Origin: Octopus sinensis
Lineage: Eukaryota
Assembly (NCBI RefSeq): GCF_006345805.1
Contig: NC_043005.1
Location: forward strand, 39,060,001 to 39,124,000
Direction of reading: 5' to 3'
Length of the DNA: 64,000 bases
The notes under the pieces were generated by a model, which was given only the letters and a program-made list of their open reading frames with translations, was not told the DNA's origin and made no database searches. Positions 51,913-64,000 of this stretch are shown one piece after another; position 1 is the stretch's first letter, and each line of letters opens with the position of its first letter. The position numbers and the translations under genes were made by a program.

Positions 51913-53969
51913 AGGTAGTCAATAATTGTACTCAGATATAACTGGGTTTAAACTGCCGAAAATGGCGAAATTTTCAGCACGAAAGTAGGTCAAAATTGTT
52001 TTATTTTCATTAAATGATTTTATTGTTTTCTTTTCGATTATAATACATCTTGTTAGAATTCTCGCATACATTAGTGCTTACTTTATCATTTACATATAAC
52101 TTAACCGTCACTCACAAGTTTGTATGACATGGTAAATCATACCACGCATTTGCTATTTGTTGTAGGTGCTTATGTAGCCGCAAGCAGACACAGACACAAA
52201 ATCATTTACTCCAGCGCTCTACCGAATCTGCCAAAAATGTCCTTTTATACATAAGGATACTCATCATTTTCTCTGAACTGGTTCAATATTTCGCGAAAGC
52301 TTTCCATATAATTTTAAATATTGATTACCTCCTCTATCCCCACGGTTGCTTTTAATCTATTGAAGTATTATTTCGTAACCCTTAATCCAGTTATGCCAAT
52401 TGTTTTGTGTAATCACTCGGTAATCGTTAAAATGCAGCCGTCATATATTGGAAGAGATACAAATAGAATCCCTCTTAGTTACATGATACAACGAAAATGT
52501 TATTTCATTTGTATTGTCTTACAAGAGCAGTTACAGTTAAGTAGCGTAATAATAATATACTATTACTTGTAAAACTGAGGTGGATATCTTGCACAAGGAG
52601 AAAGAATTATTAAAAGGGGTCGAGCTGGTAGAATCATTAGCACGCCGGTTAAAACATTTAGCAGCCTTTCTTCCGGTTATTTATGTTCTGAGATTATTAA
52701 TTCCGACTTAATGATTAAGATTAAACGTTTGTAAAGATCATACGGAGACTTATAGGGAGAGAAAAATATACTCAGATGCATCGAAATTAATAGAATTCCG
52801 ATAAAAAGTTTAATGGCACTCAAATGAAAGCAGCCACACCCAACATTATTGGAATTTAGAATACAAGGGTTTGAAACTAAAGACACCAAGACATTTAGTA
52901 CCCTTCTCACCAGCTTGCAACCTTAGTTATTCGATTATCCTTATTTGATGCTCACTGACATAGAGGCTCAAACAATTTTTTGTCGAACACAGCCAAACCT
53001 CGTACGGAAGGCAATAAATGTCCGCTGAGTTATTTACTATTAAGATTTTGTTTTGACTTGAAGATGTTTCCCTTCCTTTGCTCTTTTAATGTAACTGAAA
53101 AAGCGTATACATATCTTTGCTACAATTTTTCTTCGCATACGAATCTATAACGTCAGTACCAACATAATTCTCTTAAACGCAGTACTTGTATTGTTGTTCT
53201 TGGTTTCAGACGCTTTCCGCCAATACAGCTTTGATAACTAAAGGTTTCCTTCGTTTTGTAATACCTAATGAATAAGAGGCTGTGAATATCGTTTGAAAAA
53301 TCTTCGGTCGTTGCTGCTTCTATAAATATTTCGTAGCTGGTAACAATACGTTTTGACGTGGTCAAATCCTGATGCTATTAACAATCAAATATTTCTCTTA
53401 TACTGCATAGGTCTTCAGTGATTGAAATTGCGAAACTGAGTATATAAATAAATAATACGCTTATCCCAATCCATATTAAACAACTTTATTCATTATTTAA
53501 TATATTTATATTTATATTTTATAACCTAGAAACTAATATCTTTAATTTTTTTCCCTTAGAAACTCTCATCTCAGATGCTGAGTGCAGTCGTTTAATCCAA
53601 AAACAAAAGCAAATACCAGGGAAAATAATAATTGCCTTTTTTTCTTTTTAAATATTCACATTAAGAAGGAAGAATATTTGGAGGTTTCAGTGGTAATGGC
53701 ATTTAAAAGTGCGTCTAGGATATGAGTAAACCAATAAAAGAAATCATTTATTTGGGCAAGAAGCAAAGTCAATTTCATTTTAAAATTGCACAGCCAATCA
53801 AATCGACTCAAGTATTTTATCAGACATTAAGTAATCCTTTCCTCCCAGAGGTGTTAAATGTCAAGTTTCAATCTGTAATATTAGAAATTAGAACTAAAAA
53901 TTATCAGCACCTCCAAAAGGTATAGATGTGCATTTGGATTCGTCGAAGTTACTGATATTAAAATCACAC

Positions 53970-54002
53970 TACTACTACTACTACGACTACGAATACTACT
54001 AT

Positions 54003-54094
<92 letters not shown>

Positions 54095-54147
54095 TAATAA
54101 TAATAATAATAATAATCATAACCATAATCATAATAAAAATAATAATC
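53970..54147. repeat. (ACT)n then (AAT)n microsatellite
   Basis: Direct reading. Confidence 0.95.
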
Positions 54148-54665
54148 ATGAAACACAAAGAGAGAACGTCAGACAGGTCGAAGAGAAACCACTATATGGT
54201 CAATTTTGAAGAGCCACTGAAGACGTATGTGGAACAAAATTCTGGGCTTGGTTAAAAAAGTAGGCAATTAAAAAACGGAAAAGAAACAGAGAGCCTAATT
54301 GTAGCAGCCCAAGATCAAACGATAAGAACAAACAGTTTAAAAATATATATATATATGAAGAGAATGTGTCATAATAATGTAGAGCCTGGAGAACTTGGAA
54401 CGAGACAGTAGCACACGTTGTTACACAATGCTCCAAGTTGGCACCGAAAGATTATAAAAAATGGAGGCACGACCAGGTTGTAAATATTTTACATAGGAAA
54501 CTTTACTAGAAATGGGGATTCGGAGTTGGAAACACATGGTACAATCATCGAGTCGAAAGAGTACTAGTGTCGGAGAAGTGTATGATTTTGTGGGCCTTTT
54601 CAAATGGACAAGAAGTTAGAAAATAATAGATCAGATATTACAATCATAGATTAGGAAAAATGAAT
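54148..54665 (+). mobile_element. R4/Dong-type RLE-region fragment starting at the (AAT)n tract
   Basis: KPLYGQF..KETESLIVAAQDQTIRTN..ETVAHVVTQCSKLAPKDYKKWRHDQV..NNRSDITIID across frameshifts. Confidence 0.8.
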
Positions 54666-54699
54666 GAATGCTCCGAAAACAAAACGGCAGAGAATATTT

Positions 54700-55480
54700 T
54701 CACGAGGTTAAAATCTACCACAGGAGGAAGCGGGTATATTTTACCTTGACTAGCAGCCCCTTAGAGATGGTGTCTCGATAAAAACACATCTGCTTATGAC
54801 AGTCCTCTTTATGAGTGTAATGACAAATAAAAATCCTCACAACTGAGTTTATGAGACATGAATCCCTAGTGAAGGTCTCTCAGACAGTGAGTTTTCTACT
54901 GCGTAGCAGGGAAGATATAGTTATTCAAATACTGCTGTAGAGATTAGGAGAAACTGGACTCAAAACGACAATAGAACCTAAAAAGAAGAAAAAGACATGG
55001 TCCCTATCATTGGGAAAAGACATTTAGACCAAAATGTTTTAAACGTGAAAAAGCAGTGACTATCCATTCTGGAACTAGAGGTGATCTCCACATTAAAGTA
55101 AAAGTTTGAATGTGACTATGCTGAGCACGAAGAACAAAAAACAGAAAAAAAGACGTGGATTAACTAACAGAGGAACCGATAAATACCCACAAAAGAAACA
55201 GATATCCAAATAAATGCAAATTTTACTTTGAGGAGGAGAAGACCATTACGACAGAAGAAATAAGCCTACAACTACACCTGAATGAGGCATGAAATAGGGA
55301 AAGAAAGGCTACCAGGAATCGAAAGAGGAAAACTGTATTAAGTAGTGAACAAGATGTACGAACTTTTAACGAAAACGTACATGGAAAACATATCGAATCT
55401 AAATGATCCTATCTATTGCACAGCCTCTGTCGCTGTGCAAGCTCTTGGGATTGAATGTTAAAGGAGATCATAGGACAAGA
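54700..55480 (+). mobile_element. Probable 5' UTR/N-terminal part of an R4/Dong-type element
   Basis: ERLPGIERGKL..VNKMYELL..ISNLNDPIYCTASV resembles the R4-clade N-terminal region (recognition only). Confidence 0.4.
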
Positions 55481-55904
55481 CCCCATGTTGGCTTCTTTAT
55501 TGTCAGTCTACTCATTAACTCAACAAGCCATGATATATAGCTTTGAGATATTGGACTAAAGCTTGGCAGACAGGATTCGTACCTGTCATTCAAAAGTTCT
55601 AATAAAGACACCGTGTGCTATTGATTATTTACGGTAACAAAAAGAAAAACAAATGCATGCAGGAAATCAAGTCAGAATCCGTACAGGTAGGGTAAGAGAA
55701 AAGTGACAACAAAAACATTCCTGCTGATAGAATATATGCCGGGCATGATGGACAACGATACAGATATGCATTTACATGGCCAATGTTCCGTTAAATGGCT
55801 ACCTAACAAATACAGGCTGGCTAAACAAATTCGGTTTTGATGAAACAACACAAGCAACAACATTTACTTTTATAACATAGATGACATATGTCACCTGTAT
55901 GTTT

Positions 55905-56300
55905 TATCTTTTACTTGTTTCAATGGGGCCATGCTGGAGCAATATCTTGTAATGTTAACTCTAACTAATTGCCACTAGTAATTATTTTGTAAGTTTGGTA
56001 AACTTACCGAACTACTTTAGTTACGGGGACGTAAAAAAAGCAACGAGACCGGCTGTAACTTAGTGGTGAGGCTAAACACAAGGACACGCATACACAAACT
56101 CACATACACACACACACGCACACACGCACACACACATCCACATGACATGCTTCCACATAGATTTCTCCCTACGAAATTCAATCATAAGTCTTCGGTCGGT
56201 CCGAAACCTTAGTAGAAGACACTTGTTTAAAGTGCGTGTCGTGTGATTTAACCCAGAATAATGTAGTCGCAAAGATGGCTTTCCAACCACACAGCCATGC
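55905..56300 (-). mobile_element. Near-full SINE family A
   Basis: Tail TTTTACTTGTTTCAATGGGGCCATGCTGGAGC, TTACGGGGACGTAAA, CA-rich middle, head ...AACCACACAGCC. Confidence 0.7.
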
Positions 56301-57551
56301 CCGCACCTGCATAAGCTTAGATAAATTTGCATGAGATTCGGTCGAAGATTGACCCAGGCCATGTCTAAATTAGTAGTATCACCTGACAGAATCTGCTAAA
56401 TCCTTTTTAACTCATGTTCTGTGGTATCACGACCCATGCAAATAGGGAACAGTCGATAGAGATGTATCTAGGTGTAGGTGCTTGTCCGTTGTTCTTTGAA
56501 GACATTTGTCGAGATATCGTTGTGTAGCGTTTAACAGAACAGTCTGTGGAGGAAAAATAATTGTGCTGCAGGATACAGGGAATTTTCTGAGATAATTTAT
56601 CCCACTTTATCATGAGGTGTTACACTAACTGCGATAGGATACTCTCGGAGGCTCCATGAAGTAGGAAAGCTCCTCTATACACACCTAGCATCCTCACCCT
56701 CAATTCTAAGAATTTTTTTATGGCACTCCTACGAACTTTTCTAAGAACATATTATTGTAAAAATACTATGGAAAATTAACAAGCAGTTAGTTTATCAAAT
56801 AGTTATAATTACCCTGATAGTATTTGCATGACAAAACTAACAATAGAGTATTGATTATGGATGTTGCAATAGCAAGTAACTTTAATCTTGTACAGAAACG
56901 TGTTGAAATGCTCGGTAAAAAAAAATCAGAAACATCTTTTAAATTTCGCATGTAATGGCGTACAAGGAATGTGAGTGTGATTCTGTTACCATATTTGTTA
57001 CTGGAATGATACATAGACTTTTTTATAATGACAGTGACATATTATGACAGAAAACCTTTAACGAAAGCTATAATGATTTCAAAGTTTTGGTAGAAGGTCA
57101 CAACTTTTATAGCAGGAGTTAAGTTGATTACATCAATCCCAATACTGAACAAGTACTCCTGTTATGGACTCCGAAAGAATGAAAAGCAAAGTCGAACGCA
57201 GAGGTATCTGAACTCAGAACGTAAAGAGCCGGAAGAAATGCCACAGACAAAGTCGGAAGAAATGCCACAGAAACAATCCTACTAACTCACAGGTTAATCG
57301 AAAGCAATAATAATCCATTCCACTATGGGGACAAGGCTTGAAATTTGGGAGTAAGAGGCTAGTCGATTACATCAATCCCAGTATTCAACTGGTATTTATT
57401 TTATCGTCCTTGAAAGGATGAAAAGACAGAAAAAGTCAGTCTCGTTCGAACTATTCAGCGACTATGACAGATCACCGCCTCAAACGAAAGCAATAATAAC
57501 AAGACCGATAACTATTTGGGGCATTTCTAACTTACTATATATCAGTATTAA

Positions 57552-57747
57552 CGCGACGACCTGGCAGAAACGTTAGCACGCTGGGCGAAATGCTTAATAG
57601 TATTTCGTCTGTTTTTACGTTCTGAGTTCAAATTCCGCCGATGTTGACTTTGTCTTTCGTCCTTTCACTAGTGGTGTACTGGATTCGATCTAATTGACTG
57701 GCCCCCTCCCTCAAAAATGTCGGGCCTTGTGCCTAGAGTAGAGAATA
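57552..57747 (+). mobile_element. SINE family B (AGTAGA tail type)
   Basis: CTGGCAGAAACGTTAGCACGC...GAGTTCAAATTCCGCC...GGGCCTTGTGCCTAGAGTAGAGAATA. Confidence 0.85.
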
Positions 57748-57884
57748 ATATATATCAGCATTAAGCTCTTTTTAAACCTCCTGCTTATTCGTTTACCTGT
57801 AACACCTTTGGTAAAATTCCACAATTTCATGCTTTTGTTTTCTATTTTTCTTTCGTTTTAATTTCTTTTATCGTTTTAACATTT

Positions 57885-58320
57885 TGCTTTTAACTTGTCT
57901 GAATCATTGGCCTGCGGTTATGATAGGACACCACCTTAAAGAGCAATAGACGAATAAATCGACAGAGGTACTTGTTTTTTTTTTTAAGTATGAGACTTAT
58001 TCTGCCTGTCAGTTTTGCAGAACTCCAAAGTTACAGAGACGCAAATAAATCAATACAGGTTGCCAGTTGCCAGGCAGTGGGCTGACAAATACAGACACAA
58101 AGGTATACGCACATGTGTGTATGTGTGTGTGGCTGTCGGACTGTATGTATGTATGTATGTATGTATGTATGTATGTATGTATGTATGTATGTATTCGACA
58201 GGCTTCCGTAAACGTACTATATATCAAATTCACTCACAAGGCATTGGCCGGTCCGAGGCTATAGCAGACGACACTTGCCCAAGGTTCAGCGAATTTGGAC
58301 TGAAACCGAAACAAGCGTGT
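57885..58320 (-). mobile_element. SINE family A with expanded (TATG)n middle
   Basis: CACTCACAAGGCATTGGCCGGTCCGAGGCTATAGCAGACGACACTTGCCCAAGG; (TATG)n at the position of the CA/TA tract in 1959-2327. Confidence 0.75.
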
Positions 58321-59949
58321 CTACAAGCAAATTCAAACATAGGTCTTCGGTCGGTCCGAAACCTTAGTAGAAGACACTTGCTTAAAGTGCCTGTCGTGTG
58401 ATTTAACCCAGAATAATGTGGTCACAATGCTGGTTTTCTAACCACACAGCCATGCCCGCACCTGCATTAACTTATATAAACTTGCATGAGATTCGGTCAA
58501 ATATTGATCTAGGCCTTGTCTAATTTACTAGTACTACCTGACAGAATCTACTAAATAATATTCTGTGGTATCATGACCCATGCAAATAGGGAACAGTTGA
58601 TAGAAATGCATCGAGGTATAGGTGTTTGTCCTCTGTTCTTTGAAGATATTTGTCGAGATATCGTTGTGTAATGTTTTACAAAGCAACCTTCTTCATTACA
58701 CAGCCATGCCTTCTAGTGACTCTTATATGTAGATTCAGGGGCCTGGGAAACCAGCCTGTGGTCTTTGCAAGACACAGGAACCGGTAAGATTGACGCCATT
58801 AACATTCTGTTACAGCTATTAAAAGCCAACGATTGTAGGGAAAATGTCCGGAGAAGGAACTCCTGCGTTGCGATGTTCTCAGAAGACAGAACAAGACACA
58901 ATGTTTAATACTTAACTTGGTTTGAGTATAGTATTGGTAATGAGAAAAGAAAGGAATGGGAATATCCGAAAGTTACACGAGACTTGCGATAGACAAAACA
59001 GAGAGAATAGAGAGTACGACTGTGATTTAGACAATTGAATATTTCTCTGTGACTTCAGTCAAGTGGTCTTTCTTCTATAGTCTAGGCTTTCTGTGTGTTT
59101 TATAATGGCACCATTAGAAATGTTGGTGTAGTATGTTATTATGAATTTCATCTGGGATTTGGAAAGAGATAGTTGTTAGAATTATTTTCAGGCTCGTAAG
59201 AGGAGGACCAGTCTTTCAGATACAATCTTTTCAGATATGCCTGGAGATAAAAAGTAATAACTCACGGTCAAATGAAAAACATGATTTTAAAAAAATATAT
59301 TGCCTAAAAATAAAAACAACATTTAGAAATACCTTGTGTGTATTTTACAATTTAATTATTACAAACTAAGCATAGCATAATAAATTATATATATATAAAA
59401 AACTGATCACCTTAACACTACCTCGACAAAGATTTCAATCTAGTCTAATAAATATACAAAGATATATTTTGAAGTTAAGTAAAACAATCGGAATACGCAA
59501 ATATATTCTGACACTAAGATAATCGACACAGACACTTCAATGAAAGAGATCCAGTTTTTTCAGTCCATGCAATTTGATCACCAACAGTTTTTTAAATAAC
59601 AGCAAAATGAAGCAATGTGATGAACATAAATATCGCAACGATTCGCTGTGCAACAACATTCGAGAAAACACAATACGGTTATATAAACCTAAATATATTA
59701 CTGGTAATGCTTATGATGAAAAAATATTGACAAGCTAGATTATGGACTATTTCTAAGAACCTAGGGAAATGATTAGACGAAAAATAGCTTTGCAAAATTA
59801 ACTTGCGCGGAAAGCTGTCTAGAAACTTTTGCCAATTACAAATTACATAATAGATCTTTTAAAATATTAAACAAGTTCGTGTACGTAGCTGATATCTCGA
59901 AACCGCATCATAAATAAAGAACGACCCAAGTCAATACAGATATCTCAGA

Positions 59950-60400
59950 GAAAGATATAATGAAAAATAATTCAAAACTTGGTGATGCAAAAACCCGAAT
60001 AATGAATAAGGAAACAAATATAAAAGTGGTGTTTAGGAAAAATAACATCAAGGGAATGATAAAGTTACACAAATAAAAGAGATTTTAAAATCTAGAAAAT
60101 CTCAACAAGGAAATAAAAACAGAAACTGATACCAAAAAAAATCGCAGCGACGACAAGATGTAAGGCGATTTGAATAGCGTAAATAATTATCCAAATACAA
60201 TTACCTATCTGAAAGAAACAGCAAATCTGTCTATAATAGATTAAACAAGCCAAATACAGAGATAATAGTATTATCAGAAAATTAGATATAGAGAAATGTA
60301 GAGAATCATATAATGAAAAAAATCCATCTCTGAAACACACAAAAAGGCAACTGGGATGAAAAAGGACTGTCAACAAGGTCAGAATATGAAAGACCAGGAG
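59950..60400 (+). mobile_element. Possible R4/Dong-type ORF remnant (pre-RT region)
   Basis: DVRRFE*RK*LSKYNYLSERNSKSVYNRL resembles the R4-clade IRRY..R...QN.LF..N.K..Y..L motif. Confidence 0.35.
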
Positions 60401-60871
60401 TTGCGAATCATATCTCCAACATGAAAAAAAGAAAACCAGATTCCCCCTCTCTTCTTTTCTTAATACACTGTCCAGAAAGAATTTATATCAGAGATAATTT
60501 TGGTGGGTGACCGGAAATCATTCTGTATATTGAACTCAGAATTTTGGGGGGTCTTTTGAATATCAGGTGTACATGAGACCTATTACATGTTTATAACTAC
60601 ACTAGGAAAACATTCTTATAAGAAATAAAATAATTTTCGAAAATAAGTTGGAAGAAGTATCTAATAAATGCATCGCCATAACATATATTCAATACATTTT
60701 ATATAGAATTGAAAAAATGTGATTATTTAAATTTTATTGAAATACTTTGAAGGGCTGGATTCATATGGTTAGAAAAATTCCGTCCGTGAACGTTTTCGCT
60801 TGTTCTACTACGGATGTACGTGATAAATCATTATATAAATAATAAATATAGATGAAAAACGTGAGAGGACC

Positions 60872-60932
<61 letters not shown>

Positions 60933-60976
60933 TATATATATATATACATACAGACATATATATGTATACACACACA

Positions 60977-61896
60977 CATTAAAAGTCAGCTTGAATCTTG
61001 CTTGCTTGCTTGCTTGCAATGTTATCCAGCCAAACTGGAGCATAATGGGAAAGTACTATGAAATAAGTTCCCTTTCAAAATGTAAATACGAACGGAATAA
61101 TACAAACTTGGCGTAAATCGGATAAGTAAATTGGATATTACAGGTTTTCGGGGTATAAATACACGAAACGGTATATAATGGGAAAATTCACCGAAATTAT
61201 CAAAATCCTGGAAGGGAAGTAACTCTTACCTTTCGATTAGACAGTGAGTTGACAACGGAAAAATACGAATTGGTTTTTTTTAGAATAAATTCTACTTTCG
61301 CTGTTGTTAAACAACATTTTAACCATTTAAAAATATTCTTAAGTGAATGTGATTCGAAAAATGTAAGTTGCTTGTACAATAAGTATTTATATTTTAGCTT
61401 TTTTAAATAGATAATATTCTAGCGTTTTTTATTTAATTATTTCCAAATGAATACCATTACATAAATTTTCTTATGTTTACTTATCTAAAAAATATTTCAA
61501 AGTGAAAATGACTTTAAAAATATTGTAAATATTTCGTAAAAGACACCCATTCGTATCCTCGGTGTGAAATAAGTTTTCCATGGGTTTTTGGAGTGCATTC
61601 AACCTATCTCACCTCCAAAGATTTGACTGCTATTTCTAGCTTTCCCTCCTACCACGTAACAGCTATTTGTGATAAAGGACCTGAAATACCTGTTACATGG
61701 TAGCAGGGCGTGTAGGAAATAGCAGCCAAATCTTTCCTTTTCTGGGGAAAGGAGCCGTTTAATCGTGATTTCGATGTCACATTCGTAGAAAGCATGTGAA
61801 ATAACTTGGAAAAGAAAACAAAAACCCACCAAATAAAACTCAGTTACTGGGAAACTCAGACTTTCCCGGTGACTCAACGGGTCACGGAAACTCTAG
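60977..61896 (+). mobile_element. Second copy of the 6252-7162 Helitron family
   Basis: Colinear from CATTAAAAGTC to hairpin CCGGTGACTC..GGGTCACGG and CTAG; 5' TC end lost in a TA/CA microsatellite. Confidence 0.85.
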
Positions 61897-62090
61897 CATA
61901 TATATATATATATTTATTAGTAAATATGAGAGCGATAGTATTAACAAAATACCATCACTAGTGGCTAGTGAATGACATCCATACAGGCAAATTAATAAAA
62001 TATACATAAGACATGTATTATACATATACACACACACACACACATACATACATACATACATACATACATACATACATACACACACACACA

Positions 62091-62130
<40 letters not shown>

Positions 62131-62643
62131 TGAGTACTTGCATCGCTAAAAAATAAAAGTCAAAAGTACTTCTGTGCCACGAAGTAGTCACAAAATTCAT
62201 ACATGTATGTATTAATTTTGTGAATATTCCGTGTCACACAAGTATTTTTACTTTTAAATATGCAAATGAAACTCCTATTGCACTATGCCGGTTACAATCT
62301 AATGATGCTGACTGGTGAAGCAGTTTTGTGGGTTTGCATCTAGCTGTACGAATATAATGTAGGATAAATATAGTTATAATAACAATAATCTTTGGATGGA
62401 ATATATGCTGTAATATAGTGACAAAAAAAGGTTGTGTTGTGATACATTACATAAGTAAAAAAATTTAAACAGAAGTACGACACAAGAAAGAACAGAAAGT
62501 ACAAATAAGATAAGGACGTCCTCATTTATTATGAATTGTCCAAAAATCCATACAATTTCATGCCTTTAACTATTGTCGTTAAAATCGTGAAATTCTAAGT
62601 TTTAAACACACACTCTCTCCCTCTCTCTCTCTCTCTTTCGTAT

Positions 62644-62686
<43 letters not shown>

Positions 62687-62789
62687 AATATTAAGCGATT
62701 ATCTCCCTTACACCGGAAGAAATCACTTATTACCTCCCCTTATCTGGAACTCTTTCTTCACACTTCTCAACGAAAACATAACGATGTAA

Positions 62790-62825
62790 GAAATTTGAAA
62801 AGCTGAACACGAAACCGGTCATTTC
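62790..62825 (+). ncRNA. Decayed type I HHR
   Basis: GAAAT-TTGAAAA-GCTGAACAC-GAAA-CCGG-T-C-ATTTC: 5-bp stem I, ACCGGT stem III, GUC triplet, core C3>T and G8>A. Confidence 0.5.
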
Positions 62826-62988
62826 TTCAAAAACTATGTCATTGTATGAAAAAAATTTATAACATTCTTCAGACATGATGACTCAAATATATATTTTTTA
62901 ACCTTTTAAAACAAGCCTTTTGTAGTTTTTTCACTTTTTACTATTTTCTATATATTCAACCACGTGCTTTCACACACCAACTTTCTCA

Positions 62989-63027
<39 letters not shown>

Positions 63028-64000
63028 GTCATAATCAATTAAAACGCCATTTGTCTATCTTTCTTCTGTTTCCCCATTTCTTCCAATTACACATGATCGG
63101 ACCATAAAAAGAATTTTAAATAGTTAGTTATAGATAGACAATCGAGGTTATTATAGTAGATATAAAATATTTTGCAATTTTCAAATATTTCTTTATTTCA
63201 TTGTCCTTGAATCGGTGTGCCTTGTGAATCGAAAATTATTCTTAGTCATTTGGTAGGTTTGTGGTACCTTTTACAGTTAATGCACAACTACAAATCGTTT
63301 GCAATGGTTTTATGACCCACAATGAGTTTTACAAAAGCATACTGGTTATAGTTTTCTAGTCATGCTTTATGCTACAGCCATAAGGGGAAAAAAGGAACTA
63401 TTATAATACACGCCTTTTTGTGTTAACGTAACTTGTGTCTCAACCAATGAATACATAATTGTCTAGTGCCAGCGTAACTGATAAATTTTACAAAAAACAC
63501 AATTGTCTACTGTCAACATAATTCGTTTCTTCACCATGAACACAAAATTGCCTAGTGTTACCATATCCGGTGTCTCCACAAGCAAAACAAAATTGTCAAT
63601 TGAGATATGTGCTCAGCACATAAGCCTGCCAAACAGGATGAAACAGTTACCATTCATATAGCTGTAAATAAGGTGCAAAAATTTAGTGGAATGACTGGAC
63701 GTTCTACAGACCCTGAAAATATAACTATGTACAATTTGGAACCTTGGTTAAATACTCAAGAGTGTTTGAGAAATTTATCATTGTATAAAGAGAAGGCAAA
63801 TCTTCCCATTTCAAAACTGATGTGAAAGTAATTTACTTGACTAAAATGTGTAAATGATTCGCTATCTAAAGCGAAAATTGAATTTAGCAACATGTTTTAC
63901 AGTAATTGGTCGCCTCTACTATTGCAGTGACACCAATTAACTCTGCAGAAACTTATTTCAAACTTTCATCATATCTGAATATCGCACATAGAAACTTGAA

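Larger units (their letters stand above)
56174..58680 (+). repeat. Local duplication of a SINE-head + CR1-3'-end composite (56174-56535 and 58329-58680)
   Basis: Both copies share the same SINE/LINE junction (CCACACAGCCATGCCCGCACCTGCAT...AGGCC.TGTCTAA); the LINE part is related to 9275-9520. Confidence 0.85.

Noticed and set aside
53195-53250. Possible micro-exon after TTTCAG
   Set aside because: Weak donor, no reading-frame support, no partner exons.

Overview
Gene-poor, AT-rich, microsatellite-dense eukaryotic DNA. The tRNA-derived SINE families look like those of octopus/coleoid cephalopods (inference from recognition, no database search). No host protein-coding exon could be supported; nearly all ORF-track entries are microsatellite translations or pieces of dead transposon ORFs. 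Recognisable content: three tRNA-derived SINE families (called A, B, C here), CR1-type and R4/Dong-type LINE fragments, a decayed Penelope-like element (PLE; RT + GIY-YIG) with an inverted terminal duplication, an internally deleted Ty3/Gypsy element with both LTRs and a 5-bp TSD, two mariner remnants, a full-length DD41D (rosa-type) Tc1/mariner copy, a MITE and non-autonomous Helitrons. The main observation is about ten loci with type I hammerhead ribozyme (HHR) folds, all with short palindromic stem III. Several lie in small non-coding elements in or beside (TA)n tracts. Two are built as about 1.3-1.4 copies of a 483- or 558-nt unit (terminal direct repeats, HHR in the unique middle), and several carry a divergent, 5'-truncated inverted copy, the same geometry as the PLE. 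This suggests multiple families of retrozyme-like non-autonomous ribozyme retroelements mobilised by PLEs, clustered at 29.4-37.3 kb. Ribozyme activity, circular RNA and novelty are untested. Coordinates of decayed repeats are approximate.
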